Positions 12,456 through 25,417 are shown, counted from the stretch's first letter. The stretch: 64,000 nucleotides of DNA from Hyaloraphidium curvatum SAG 235-1 (GCA_025558095.1 JAIVFI010000015.1:434001-498000), one strand, 5' to 3'. The notes: generated from the letters alone by a model not told the origin. Translations and numbers: made by a program.

Positions 12456-12771
12456 TCATTGCGGGTCGTCATATAGCGTCGTCGAAAGTGCGCCCCGTTG
12501 CCGGTCCGGCACTGTGGGGTTGTGTCAGCTCGGCTGCGTCGGGAAGGGATGCCTCCACCCACGAGGGTACGATTTCGGAGGCTCCTCGGCCTTTACGGCG
12601 CCCCGTGATCGTCGGTACGGAAAGACGGTGACGGGAATGACGAAAGCTGCAGGCCGAAGGTTGGTCCCGCGGCGACGTGGGGACGGCAACGTGCCAACCA
12701 GCGATTCCCATTGCGTAAGAAACTACCATGACAGGGTTCTGGACCAGCTGTTTCCTCAGAAATGCCGCCAT
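12456..12771 (-). CDS. complex I 9.5 kDa subunit (NI9M/NDUFA3-like), 3 exons
   Basis: Spliced: MAAFLRKQLVQNPVMVVSYAMGIA-AFVIPVTVFPYRRSRGAVKAEEPPKSYP-VPDRQRGALSTTLYDDPQ*. One TM helix plus the PxxYP...YDD tail of fungal NI9M. Confidence 0.8.
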
Positions 12772-13014
12772 CGAGGAGCGGAGGCCGCGCCAGAGGGCGG
12801 CGGCGATGGGCGCGACACAACTGGACGAGTCGTGATGGTCGCGACCGACCATCACTCGTCATTCTTCTTCTCGAGATCTTCATCAAAGGTATAAATGACA
12901 TCGGGAATGAATTCTATGGCTCTTCCTTGCTTCTTCAGCCTTCGTCGAAGAGGAAGTGCCCGAGCATGGCATCCAGGCGCCAGAATCCTCACATCACGTA
13001 TCCTGTTCACTCGT

Positions 13015-16000
13015 TCACTCGTAGTCGCTCAGGGGCGGGCAAACGCAGATCAAGTGCCTGTCCCCGTAAGCGTCATCTTTTGTACGTGGGGGGTAAGTAG
13101 GTGCGGTGAACGCAAGGACGAGGCTTTGCAACCCACCGACGCGGGAAACAGTGGGCCAGAACTTGCGCTTGCGCAGGCTCGCAACGGGGTACGCGGCCTT
13201 CTCCCTCGTGTACGGACGGTCCCACTTGCTGGACAGAAGCACCTCCTGCGTGTGCGGCGCGTGCTTGAGGACGTTGTTCTCCCGATCGGCCTTGCCCTCC
13301 TCGATCTCGCGGATTTCCTCACGGATCGCGATCATTGCATCACAGAAGCGGTCAAGCTCGCTGAGGGGCTCAGACTCGGTGGGCTCAACCATGAGAGTGT
13401 TGCCGACCGGCCAGGACATGGTAGGGCTGTGGAAGCTGTAGTCCTGAGGAAATCGCGTCAGCTGCGATCTCAAGTGCCACAGCGGTGCCGAACGAACATG
13501 CAGCCGCTTCGCAATGTCCACCGCTTCGATCCCGGCCGAAGCACCGAAAGGCCTTGCGTCGATGATGAACTCGTGGGCGCACATGCCGTTGCTGTTCGTG
13601 AAGAGGATGGAGTAGTACGGGGCAAGGCGCTTCGCCATGTAGTTGGCGTTCAGGATGGCGAGCTGGGTGGACTTCTTGAGCCCCTCGTCGCCTGCCACGG
13701 ACGCGGTCAGACCCGGTTTCCAAGCTCCCAAGGACCGGACACCCACCCATCATCTTGATGTACGCCCAGGAAATGGGAAGGATGCTTGCGGAACCCCAAG
13801 GAGCCGCGGAGATGGGCCCGATGGCATGCTCGCCGCCCGTCTTGACCACCGGGTGGCCCGGGAGGTACGGCGCCAGATGCGCCTTGCTGTAGGAGAGCGT
13901 ATCGTCAGGGAATGACAATGGCGGCGTACGGGGAAACCAACACTCCGATCGGTCCCACGCCCGGCCCGCCTCCGCCGTGGGGTATGCAGAAGGTCTTGTG
14001 GAGGTTGAGGTGGCACACGTCGGCGCCAATGTCGCCGGGGCTGCACAGCCCGACCTGCGCGTTCATGTTCGCGCCGTCCATGTAGACCTGGCCGCCAAAG
14101 CCGTGGATGATGTTGCACGCCTCCTTGGCCGTGTCCTCAAACACGCCGTACGTCGACGGGTAAGTGATCATGAGGCAGGCGAGCCGGTCCTTGAACTTTT
14201 CGGCCTTGGCCCGCAGGTCCGCCAGGTCCAGGTTGCCGTTGGGCTCGCACTTGGTGACCACGACCTCCATGCCGCACATGGCTAGCGCAGATCGTAGTCA
14301 ATCAGAGGCCGTCGACAGTCAACCCCGGCGAAACAGCTCACCGGCCGAGGCGGGGTTCGTGCCGTGCGCAGAAACCGGGATAAGACACACGTCCCTCTGG
14401 CGTTCCCCCTTGGAATCGAGGTAGGCGCGGATGACACGGAGCCCCGCGTACTCGCCCTGGGCACCGCTGTTGGGCTGCAGCGACACGGCGTCGAAGCCGG
14501 TGATCTGCGACAGCGACATCTCGAGCTCCTGCGCACCGTGATCGCGTCAGCTAAAACTACACGGAGCCACGAGGTGCTGCGAAAGGCACCTTGAAGAGGA
14601 TCTGGTAGCCTTTGGCCTGCTCCAGCGGCACGAAGGGGTGGAGGGCACCAAACTCGGGCCACGTGACGGGGATCATCTCCGTCGTGGCGTTGAGCTTCAT
14701 GGTGCAGGAACCGAGCGGGATCATGGCGTCCGCGAGCGACAGGTCCTTGGACTGCAGGTGCGAGATGTACCGCAGCATGTCCGTCTCGCTGTGGTACGAG
14801 TTGAAGACGGGGTGGGTGAGGAAGGGGGAGGTGCGGGCGAGCTTGGCGGGGAAGCGGGATGCTCCGGCCTCGACCGAGATGCCGGCCTTGCCGGCGAGGG
14901 CATCCAGGTCGGGCAGTGTGCGGCGCGTCGACTGCGCCGAGAAGCGGTCCTCGACGGTGCCCATGGCAAAGACGGACAGCAGGTCCTCCAGGTCCGTCCG
15001 GCGGATGGTCTCGTCCAGCGACAGCGACACGTGGTTCCGGTCCACCACGCGGAGGTTGATCGACTTGCTCTCCGCCGCATCCACGAGATCCGCCGCGGGA
15101 CCACGGGTCTCGACGAGCAGGGTGTCGAAGAAGCTCGACTCGTTCTTGACCTTGTACCCCATCTCGGTCAGGCCGCCCGCGAGCACGGCCGTCAGGTTGT
15201 GCACCCGCTGGGCGATGGCGCGGATCCCCTGCGGCGGCAAAGTCAGAGACGTCGAGCGCCGCTGAAGCGTAACCACCGACCTCGGGACCGTGGTAGACGG
15301 CGTACATGGCGGCCATGTTGGCGAGGAGGGCCTGGGCGGTGCAGATGTTGCTGGTGGCCTTTTCGCGGCGGATGTGCTGCTCGCGCGTCTGCAGCGCGAG
15401 ACGGTAGGCCATCTTGCCGTTGGCATCCTTGGTCACGCCGATCAGGCGGCCGGGCATGCGGCGCTTGTGCTCGTCGCGGCACGCAAAGAAGGCGGCGTGC
15501 GGCCCGCCGTAGCCCATGGGCACGCCGAAGCGCTGGGCGTTGCCGACGGCGATGTCGACGCCGAACTCGCCCGGGGGCTTGAGCATGGTGAGGGCGAGGA
15601 GGTCCGTCGCGCAGACCACCAGGGCGCCGGCCTCGTGGGCACGCGCCGTCAGGGCCTCAAAGTCCGTCACGGTCCCGTAGGTGTCGGGGTACTGCGGGGA
15701 ACGACGTCATTGCGGCAACCGATCCGAATTCTCCGCGGACGCCGCGGACCCACCTGGATCAGCACGCCCATGAGGTCGCCCTTGGCGGCGGCAAAGTCGA
15801 AGCTCGCGTGCGGGGCGACGACGACGTCGATCCCGAAGCCCTCTGCGCGCGTCTGCACGCAGGCGATGGTCTGCGGGTGGCAGGCGGCGTCGACGAAGAA
15901 GGTGCGCTTCTTGCGGGCGGCGTGCGAGAAGCACACGAGCATGGCCTCGCCCGCGGCGGTGCCCTCGTCGAGCAGCGACGCGTTGGACACGGGCAGGCCG

Positions 16001-16515
16001 GTGAGGTCCGACACCATGGTCTGGTAGTTGATGAGCGACTCGAGCCTGCCCTGTGCGATCTCTGCCTGGTACGGCGTGTACTGCGTGTACCAGCCGGGGT
16101 TCTCCAAGATGTTGCGCAGGATCACGGGCGGCGTGACTGTGCCGTAGTAGCCCATGCCGATGTACGAGCGGAACACCCTGTTCCGTGCGGCGATCTCGCG
16201 CAGCTGGCCCAGCAGCTCGTGCTCGGCCAGGGGCGCGCCCAGCGACGTCGCGCCGGGGCGCAGCACGGCGGCGGGCACCGTGCGGACGGTCAGCTCGTCG
16301 AGCGAGCCGACGCCCAGCGAGCCCAGCATGCGCGGCACGTCGGCGTCGCGCGGGCCGATGTGGCGGCGCGCGAACGAGTCGAGCGGCGCGAACACCGACG
16401 GCGCCGCCGTGGCCAGCCCGCGGGCAGCCGCCGGCGCACGCCGCGAGCACGCCGGCGCAGAGAGCACGCAGCGCCGCGCGCCGAGCCGCCCGAGCAGCGC
16501 CGCCGCGGAATGCAT
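13015..16515 (-). CDS. GCV2: glycine decarboxylase P protein, mitochondrial, multi-exon
   Basis: [78 protein letters not shown] (PLP lysine), [15 protein letters not shown]. Confidence 0.97.
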
Positions 16516-16933
16516 TCGGTCGGTGTGTTTGGGGTCTGCGTCCCGGTGAGGATGGACCGCCTGACTTGGCCGGGGCAAAATAACGAACTTGCGCCTCCGG
16601 AAGGGGCAAATCGCCGCGACCTTGCCCGCCAAGCGGCGCGAAAGAGGAAGGCACAGAATCTGTTACTGGATTTATCATGCGACGATCTGTTGTTGGATCT
16701 CGGGCCCCGGCTCCATAGTTGGAACAACGCTCCGCCGGTCCGCAGATTCAAGGACGAGCCTGGTGGCCTAGCATGCAGAGAGACATTGGTTCTTCAGACT
16801 AATAGCCAAGCTGACCTGCCGATCCTCGACCTCGAAACCGTAAGAATCGGCAGGTGATCGTTCCGTCGGCTTGTGATCATCAGACTAGTAGACCCCGCAA
16901 TACTGGTTACCACGAATTCGGGGCCTCGCTGGC

Positions 16934-19349
16934 ATGCTCACGACCATCGTGCCCCCGTCTGCCGCTTCGCCGGCGGCAGACGACAAGCGGGCGTGGCTGC
17001 CGCGGCCGGCCGACCCCGGGGGCAACGGAGATTCGGACGAGGACGAAGCGTACCCCCCACCGACGCCCGCGCGGTCCGGACGCGCCCCGCCGGCATGCGG
17101 CCCCCACGATGACGCGTCCGTGCCCTCCGTGCACGGCCTGTCTTTGTCGCCTTCGCCGCTGGGCTCGGCGTCGCCGCAGGCCCGGCTGCCAGTGCCGGCA
17201 GACTTTGAGCGCTCAGCACACCGTCCCGCCGGCGGCTCTGCCAAGCGGCGGTCTCCCATGACGCTGTCGCCGGAACCTCCGCCAAAGGTGCGTGCATCGT
17301 GCTGCAGGCTGATCCCGCGCTGACCGAGTCGCCTTGTCCGGTTGCGGCGAATGCCTCCCATCCATGCGCTGATCACCCGTGCGTGCAGCCGGGCCCATTC
17401 CTCAAGCCCAAGGCGCTGTCCCTCTCGCAGGACCGGATTCGCCTCACCGTGCAGCGCAGCATGCCGGAGTTTGGGGACGCGGACCTGGCCGGCCTGCCCG
17501 GGATCACGCCGGACGGGGCAAAGGTCGCCAAGCCGACCCCGCGGGCCTTCCACTCGACCGGACTGCTGACGAAGCGCAACAACAAGCGCCTGTCGACGGT
17601 GTCGCTGCCCGACACGCCGTCCAAGAAGCCCGGGGCGGCGGCTTCGCTCGAGGTCGGCGGCACGGGCGCGTGGGGCTTCCCGTCCAGCGACTCGGCGTTC
17701 GGCTCTGGCGTGACCTCGGGGATGCACTCGGAGAACGAATCGCCCCTGAGCTCCACAAAGTCGGTCCGGGACCGCACGCCCTTTTCCGGCTCCCCGCTCT
17801 TTTCCGGCGGCAGGTTCCAGAGCCTGGTGCCCTCGGCAAACGGCGAGATTTCGCCCGTCTCGCCGCCGCACCCCGTTTCCTTTGCCCGGCACCCCTTCTT
17901 TGCCGGGCAGCGATCGACGCTGCCCGTGCCTTCGGCGCCCACCCGCACGGAGGGGTCGGACACGGACATGAACTCTGGCGGGGCCGAGGACGCCGACGAG
18001 ACCTCGTCCAACGAGGACCGCGACTGGTTCTCGGTGCCCAACTCGGACGATCACATGGGGCCGTACACGGCCAGCCGACCGCATTCGGAAGCCTCGTTTA
18101 ACACGTCGCTTTCCGAGATGAGCGACGTCGCACAGGCTCCGGATGACGTGGACGGAGCCGCCGGGGGATGGAGGAGGTCGTCGCTGGACCGACGGAGCGA
18201 AAACCTGCCAAAGCTACCCGCACCGGAGCTCATCTACACGCCGTACCCGCGGTTTCTGAGGCCGGATTGCTACGACTTTGAGGCGAACGCGGAGAAGATC
18301 GGTGGGGATCTCCAGCCGCGCTGGGACCTGCGGGCACTCACACTCATGGCTTCCAGACCCCGACGCCCCGCGTCCTTCGGAGAACGACTACTTCGAAACC
18401 AGCTTCGTCATCATCCGGCCCCTCGGCAAGGGTTCCTTTGCCGACGCCTTCAAGGTCCAGAGCCGGATCGACCGCAAGCCGTACGCCATCAAACGGACGC
18501 GGCATCCGTACAACGGGCATCGGGACCGTTCCAAGCGGCTAACCGAGGTGGACATCATGTGGAAGGTCGGCATACATCCGAACTGCGTGCAGCTGCTGGA
18601 CGCCTGGGAGCAACGGGGGCACCTATACCTGCAAATGGAACTTTGCGCCGGCGGGAGGTGGGATCGCGGGCCGTGGTGCTCCCGGACCAACCTGCTGACT
18701 GCTCTGGTCCGGCAGCCTGCAGGCATACCTGGAAGAAAACGCAGGCCGGAGCGACTTTACCGAGACGCGCATCTGGCGCACGCTGGGCGAGATCGCGCAG
18801 GGCCTGGCCCACATCCACAGCAAGGACATCATCCACCTGGACATCAAGCCCGCCAACATCTTCATCGTGCCCTCCTGGAAGCTGAAGATCGGCGACTTTG
18901 GCCTCGCGACAACGCTGCCCGTGGTTCGTCTGCCTCCGAGACTTGAAAGCGACGACCTGACGCCTCCCTCCACAACAGACGAAAAACGTGGAACGGGAGG
19001 GCGATCGCATCTACATCGCTAAGGAGATCCTTTCGGCCAACTACGGCAAGCCCGCGGACGTTTTCAGGTGCGGCGATTGCACGTGCAGCGCAAACTTGTC
19101 CGATCTCACGCCTCGCCGATCAGCCTGGGCCTCGTCATGCTCGAGGTTGCAGCCGGCGTCATCCTGCCCGACTACGGCGACGATTGGCACAAGCTCCGCA
19201 ACGGCGACTTTTCCGGCGTCGCCTCCTTCGGCCCGGCCTCCTCGGTGCTGCAGAAGCTGATCAAGAGCATGATGCACCCGGACCCGGCCCAGCGGCCCAC
19301 GGCCGCCGAGATAGCCAGCCATCCTTTGATTGGAATATGGTTCTTTTAA
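16934..19349 (+). CDS. WEE1: Wee1/Swe1/Myt1-family protein kinase, multi-exon
   Basis: Low-complexity N-terminus with PDTPSKK. Kinase motifs LGKGSFADAF, YAIK, HLDIKPANIF, KIGDFGLA, EREGDRIYIAKE and LPDYGDDWHKLRNGDFS. Confidence 0.92.
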
Positions 19350-19460
19350 TCAATGGTCGTCTCGGTCGTCACAACGAACGAAAGAGTCACTGAGTTCGCG
19401 GACGAGTCCGATGACCCGCCGCCCAAGACAACATCAACAAGCCGGTTCTGTTCCACTGCC

Positions 19461-19797
19461 ATGTTCTGTACGCGTTTTTCGCGCGTGTAGCCTACATGGA
19501 TCGGCACTAAAGGGCCTAATCTCGACGCAGTCGGCGGGCCCCCGCAGGTCTCCGAGGCAGAGTTCTGGGAGAAACGCCAGGAAGTGCGGACGGTGAGGCC
19601 CCTCGTGCCCGGCTTTCCGGGCCTGGTCTGACCCTGGGACGTCCTGTCTGCAGTCCCTGATCACCTTCGTGTGCTACGCGGCCATCCTCCGCTTCGGTAG
19701 GCCTCGTCCTCGGCGCGTTTTTGGAAGCGACGCTCACCCGAACGGCGCCACGCTAGCTCCCATCGCGTGGGAGCTCTTCACCGAGGTTCTGGAATAG
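19461..19797 (+). CDS. TOM5: mitochondrial import receptor subunit Tom5 (50 aa; exons 19461-19467, 19531-19592, 19654-19696, 19757-19797)
   Basis: Three GT-AG introns of 63, 61 and 60 nt with compatible phases give [50 protein letters not shown]. This has the Tom5 pattern (MF start, SExE, TM ending in LRxxP). Absent from the ORF track. Confidence 0.88.
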
Positions 19798-20321
19798 AGT
19801 CTTCGTGTCGTGCAGTATCTCGCGGAGGTCATGCTGGAGCGCGTGCAGCTGGTCGCGCTTTTGGTCGCGGATCTGGGAGGGGCGGAACACGTCGGGAGCC
19901 GCGCCGGAGAGGGATGGTCGGTGCAACCCACCGATGCCAGCTCGTCCCGCTTGCGAACGAGCTCTCGAAGCTCCGGAGACTTGAGGCGAGAGGACACGAC
20001 GTTCCATGCGGAGTAAATCGCGGATTCCGGGAGGCTCGTCCACCGCGTGCCCACCTCCAAGTCCACTATCCCCGCCTCCCGGACCGATGCGTCACGGGCA
20101 TGCTTCTTCACGTCTTCCAGCACACTGGAGAGCGCAGCCGAGTCCAATTGAGGCACAGCGTCGACCGCAGTCCCATCCCCGGCGCCTCCGCCCGATTTTC
20201 CCGAAGGAGCCCGCCCCTTCTCCCTAGAGTCCCAGAATCCTTCCGTGTGCTTCTCAACAGTGTCGAGCAGGTTTTGCAGCGAGTCCAACGCGCTCATGAC
20301 GTGCGTGTAACGTTCCTCCAT
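19753..20321 (-). CDS. small coiled-coil protein, possibly Mediator subunit MED30-like
   Basis: Spliced: [19 protein letters not shown]...[59 protein letters not shown]. The C-terminal helix resembles the MED30 K..QLK.L.DQLR.LI.D pattern. The family call is tentative. Confidence 0.5.
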
Positions 20322-20395
20322 GTTGGTGTTCGTGGCCGGGGCGAGGTCGACCGGTTGGAAATAATCATTTGGGCCCCGCCCCATTCCCGACGGAA

Positions 20396-21417
20396 ATGGC
20401 CTCTGAAGCGCCGCGGAGCATTGTCCCCGCGGAGATGTTGCTCTATGCTACGAGCTGGTTGTATCGGACGGCCTCCGGTCTCGCCAGCTCCGCGGCCGGA
20501 GCGGCGTCGGACCTGGCCCGCAGCGTTTGCTTCCACACGCTGCGGCAGGGCTCAGTCCCCCGGCATGTGGCCTTCATCATGGACGGCAATCGCCGCTACG
20601 CCAAGAAGATGAAGGTCAAGACCATCGAAGGCCACTCGCGGGGCTTCAAGAAGCTGGAGGAGGTCTGGCACGTGGTTGTGGCCTCTTCTTTCGGGCTCAT
20701 CCGCTGGCGCCCGCAGACGTTGGACTGGTGCTTGGACCTCGGCGTGGAAGTGGTCACCATCTACGCCTTCAGTATCGAGAACTTCAAGCGGCCCCCGCAG
20801 GAAGTGGAGCCCCTGATGGACTTGGCGAGGAGCAAGTTTGAGGAGTTCTGCATCGAAGGGTGAGCTTCCAGCGGCCGGTTTCTGAAGCGAATGATAACCG
20901 AGAAATCGTTCAGCGAGTTCATTCAAAGGCATGGCATCAGCGTTCGGATCCTCGGGGACCTCTCGCTTCTGCCGTCGGACGTGCGCAGCGCCGCTGTGAA
21001 GGCAATGAAGATGACCGAGAGCAACAGCAAGTGAGTGTCTCCTCGTCAAGGATGGAACCTGCCTTTTCATTGAGGACGCCATGTTCCAGGTCGCTGCTGA
21101 ACATCTGCTTTCCGTACACGTCGCGTCAGGAGCTGGCGAACGCCGCGGCCGAAGCCCTTGCCGACGGAGACACAGGGCCAAACGCCATCGATGAGCGACT
21201 GTACACCGCCAACTGTCCGCCCGTGGACCTCCTCATCCGTACATCCGGGGAGGTCAGGCTCAGCGACTTCCTGCTTTGGCAGTGCAACGAGGACACGCAG
21301 ATCCATTTCGTGCCCGTTTTCTGGCCCGAGTTCGGGTTCATGGACATGGTGCGGACCCTCATGGACTATAACCTGGGCTTGTCACGCCGGAGATCCTCAT
21401 CGCTGGCACCGCCGTGA
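20396..21417 (+). CDS. RER2: cis-prenyltransferase (dehydrodolichyl diphosphate synthase), multi-exon
   Basis: [65 protein letters not shown]. Confidence 0.96.
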
Positions 21418-21468
21418 CTCTAGTTTGGTGCGCGAACGTGATTCGCCGATTGCGGGAATTCGATACAC

Positions 21469-23201
21469 TCAATCGTCGCCCTGATTCATGCTTTCGAAGA
21501 GGTAGTTTGCCGCCAGTTCCTCGTTTTTGTCGCAGGCAAGATACGCCTCGATGGCGGTTTGCCGGTCGAACCCGAGCGCTTCGAGCTGGGGCGTGAACGA
21601 CGTTAGGCCGGGTCGATGTGTCGCACCATTCCAAACGAACCCTCTGGATGACCTCCATCTCCTGCTGCGTCACGGTCACGTACTGCGCACCGGGGCCCCC
21701 ACCCTCGTCCCCTTCCTCGTCGCCCTCTGCCAGCATCTGGAGGAACTGCTCCTGGTTCTGCTGGATGAGCTGGAGGAGCTGCGGGTTGGTCGCGCCGAGC
21801 TGCTGCAGGACGGGCTGGAGGAGGTTGGGGTTCTGCTGGACCAGCTGGCGGAGCTGCTGGAACTGCGGGGAGTTGCGCAGGAAGGCGAGCTGCTCGGCTC
21901 CGCCCTGGCCAGCCGCGGCGGGCTGCGCGGCGGCGGGGGTGGCACCGGCCTGATTTTGCTGGGCGGCGGCGGCAGCAGCCTCGAAGAGGTTGACGTAGCC
22001 GGCCCCAGCACCGGCCCCAGCACCGGCACCGGCACCCGTGCCGGCAGCGGCCGGGGTGGTGGCGGCAGGGGTAGCGGGAGTCCCGGTTCCAGCAGCGGCA
22101 GCGGGGCGCGGAGCAGCAGCGGGAGCGGGAGCGCTCTCGCGCAGCAGGTTTTCCGGGATACCCTGATGTAGAGCATGAGTGCCGCCGGCAGAACAACAGC
22201 CGAATGCTCCAACCGTCAGAAGGTACTCCGCGGCCCGATCCGGGTTGTTAAACGCCGCACGCATCGCCTTGACGACCTGCTCCCGCTCGAATCCCATGGA
22301 GACCAGGTTGGTGACCGCTTCGTTGTAGGCATTGCCCGTCGCAAGCATCGAGCCCGAGTCGGCGGGGGCTGTTCTCACGAGATCAGCGCGCGGAAGTGGA
22401 GCCAGCACAAGAATACAAACCAGCAGCAGCAGGCTCCGCGGCGGCGGGTGCAGCAGCCGGCGTTGCAGGAGCAGCGGCGGGCTCGGGAGCTTTCACAGGA
22501 ACCTGATTAGCGGCGATCGCTCGAGCTCACGAGAAAGACCGACCGGGTGCCGGAGCGGCAGGGGTGGCGGGCGCAGCGGCAGGTTCGGGAGCAGCGGCGG
22601 CCGGAGCGGCGGGTTTCTCGGCCTCCGGAGCCGCGGCCGAGGACGAGGCAGCAGGGGCAGCCTTGGGCTTTGAACACGTCAGGCCCCGTCCTGCGAAGGC
22701 CGACAGCTCCTCACCTTGGTCACCATCACGACCAGAAAGTCCTTCTCAGCGATGTTGTAGCTCGCGACCGTGTTGTCATCGAGGAGGATCTTGCCTGGGG
22801 GCCCGGGAGATCCTTCAGCACGGGATCGCGTGAGGCCGCCGGCGGCGCCGTACCCGAATGAATTAGCTTCTGGTGCTCCACCGGGAACCCCTGGGACTCT
22901 GCGATCTTGGCCTTGACGGCGGAGACCTGGGGTGCGCGATGGGCGCGACGCGTAAGCTGCCGTGCGAACGGGAGGGGCGCATCGGGCCGTCGCTTGCGGC
23001 CTTTTCCTGCGCGGCACCAGATCTGCGCTGCCCAAGCTCGTTTCAAACGCCGACCTTTTCCTCCGGTTCGACCTCGACGTGGAACACTTTCTGGGAGGGC
23101 CGAGGGAGGTAAGGAAGGTGTCGCGCGCGACGCGTCGATGCGCCGCCGGGGCCTGGGCGCGCAGTGCGGACCTGCTGCAGCGTCTTGACGGTGAGCTTCA
23201 T
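21469..23201 (-). CDS. RAD23: UV excision repair protein Rad23 (UbL-UBA-STI1-UBA), multi-exon
   Basis: [88 protein letters not shown]. Confidence 0.97.
21998..22037. repeat. short coding tandem repeat (CCGGCCCCAGCA-like, 6/12-nt units) encoding (GA)n linker in Rad23
   Basis: gccggccccagcaccggccccagcaccggcaccggcaccc translates on the minus strand as GAGAGAGAGAGAG. Confidence 0.8.
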
Positions 23202-23330
23202 CGCGCCGGTTGCTTGGGAGTGAGCGGTGCAACAGCGGAGTTCGGCCCAGCGCGGGCGAGTCCGAGGTGCCGGCAATCATCAGCAGTCACACTGGCCCGG
23301 ATGGGACATGTCTCCGATCGACCTCCGTCT

Positions 23331-25417
23331 CTATTCGCGTTGCGATATGCACTTATTGAGCAGCGCCTCGTAGCAGAAAGCCAGCTGCGCATAGGTCTGC
23401 ACCATGAGCAGACGCTGTGTCCTCAAATGCATCACCGTGTCAAACACCAGGTCGGTGCCCGGATCCCGGCGGCAGGGCCCGCAGGCGGCAGACACGGCCT
23501 CGGCCGTGGAGCGTACGAGCTCGCCCAGGTCCAATGCATCGTACCACGGGGTCGCAGTGTCTGCCGAGGGCGGTAGGGGCTGGCGCCGCGACTCCGGGAA
23601 AAGTTCGTCGAAAACGTGATCGATGGTGCAGAACGTTCCCGTTCGGCCGCAACCGGCGCTGGTGGGGAAGGAAACGTCAGATCGGATCACGTGAGAAGCG
23701 CCAATGGGGCCCACCTGCAGTGCACAACCATCGGCACGCTCTCGCCCACCTCCCCGTTCGCCCTCGCTCGGAGGACGTCCACGAGCTCCCGGAACTCGAT
23801 CACCTTCCGGGCATCCTCCGGGACCCCGTGATCCGGCCATGCCAGGTACTGCAGCTGCAGCACGTGCCTCTTCTCCACCTCGGGAGGATCCCCCCTGCAC
23901 GTCAGCACGAGCTTCCTCGCCACGAGGTGCGGCGCGATCTGCTCCTCCGACGCAATGTGGACCGACAGCTGCGGTCCGAGGTCCATGACGCTCTCCGCGG
24001 CCGAGGGCCAGTAGCGGTGGCACTGCCGCCGCCCGTGGTCCTCCTCCTTTGTGAGCATCAGCACGATGCGCGAATTCGACTCGTAGACCATGAGCCAAAA
24101 GTCTGCGAACGTGGAGGGTATGGGGCCTTGCGTGCAGATGTAGGCGTGAGGCTGCTTCGGGAGCTGCGGGCGGCGACTGTTTAGCACAGGTCCCGAGCCG
24201 CAACCGTGGCGGGAAACGAACGTCGATGTAGCTGGCGTTGATGTAGTCGCAGCCGACCTGGCCCCAACCCTTGAGCACGAACCGGTTCGCGTTGTAGGGC
24301 CAGATGTTGGAATAGCGGTTCTTGTAGCCCTTTTCGATCCCGACCGAGATGCTGAAGGGGTCGCCGGGGCTCGTCGCCCGCCACGAGCTCTGGAACCGCT
24401 GCTGCTCCTCGCTCTCGATGACCTGGGGCGCCAAAAATGGCGATGAGCTTGCGAGAAGGCGACCCGGGCGTCCGCGGAGCCCCACCTTGAATATTTCGCG
24501 CAGCCGGGCGCCGACGTCCCCGCTCGCCACCAGCTCCCTCAGGAACCCCGGCAGCCCGTCCGCGGCCACGTCGCCGCCGAATATCCGCATTCTCCGCAGC
24601 TCCTCCGGCGCGCTGTCCACGTGTGTCTGGTACTCGGACGATGCGCCGCCCGCGTGCGGGGGGAAGAAGCCCGCGGGGGCCGTGAGGATGGGCTTGATCC
24701 GCGAGGGCGTGCCGGGCCCGGGGGTGCCGGCGGCCGATGCGGGGCCGCGGACGACGGAGATGGCGCCGGCGCCGGCGACGGAGGGGAGGTGCGAGGGGCG
24801 GTTGCAGGCGGCGCCGTCGGGGGGTTCCTCGCTGGTCGAGACGAGGTCGGGGAACTGCGAATCGCGTCAGCGGGCAATCGATGGCGGCGGAGCACGGGCA
24901 GGAAAGTCACCTCCTTGGCAAAGGCCGCGAAGCCGCCCTGCAGGAAGCCCAGCTTCGCCTTGCCGGCGTCCTTGGCCAGCTTCTGCAGCAGCAGCGCGCC
25001 CGGGCTGTCCGGCAGCAGCCTGTCGGAGGCGCCGTCGACGAGCACGACGAGCGTCTTGCCCGCCAGGCCGGCAAAGGCGCGGCGGTCGGCGTCCGACGTG
25101 AGCGTCAGCAGCAGCTTGTCCAGGCCGAACGACGTCCGCCGCAGCAGCGTCGACGGGAGGCACACGTTGACGGCCGACGCGACGTGGCCGCGGGCAAACA
25201 CGTCGGCGGCGCGCACGTCGACGACGAGCAGCGCCGCCTCGTCGGGCAGCGCACGCAGCGCAACGGCGAGCTCGGCTGGCGCGACCGCAGAGAAGCGCGG
25301 TGCAGCTGGCCGCGGGGGCCCGCGCGCCACCATCGGCGCCGCGGCGGACGGCGGCTCGGCGGCCCCGGCGGCCGCAGGCGAGCCCGGCAGCGCGATGGCT
25401 CGCCCGTTCATGTTCAT
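23331..25417 (-). CDS. protein tyrosine phosphatase with N-terminal rhodanese domain (Ptp2/Ptp3/Pyp1-like), multi-exon
   Basis: LLVVDVR...GHVASAVNVCLPSTLLRR rhodanese domain. PTP motifs KNRYSNIWPY, DYINAS, YICTQGP, WPDHGVP, VVHC-SAGCGRTGT and MVQTYAQ. Confidence 0.93.

Noticed and set aside
19500-19740. GC-rich, hairpin-like stretch first suspected to be RNase P/MRP or another ncRNA
   Set aside because: No conserved P4 motifs were found, and the region is fully explained by TOM5 exons and introns.
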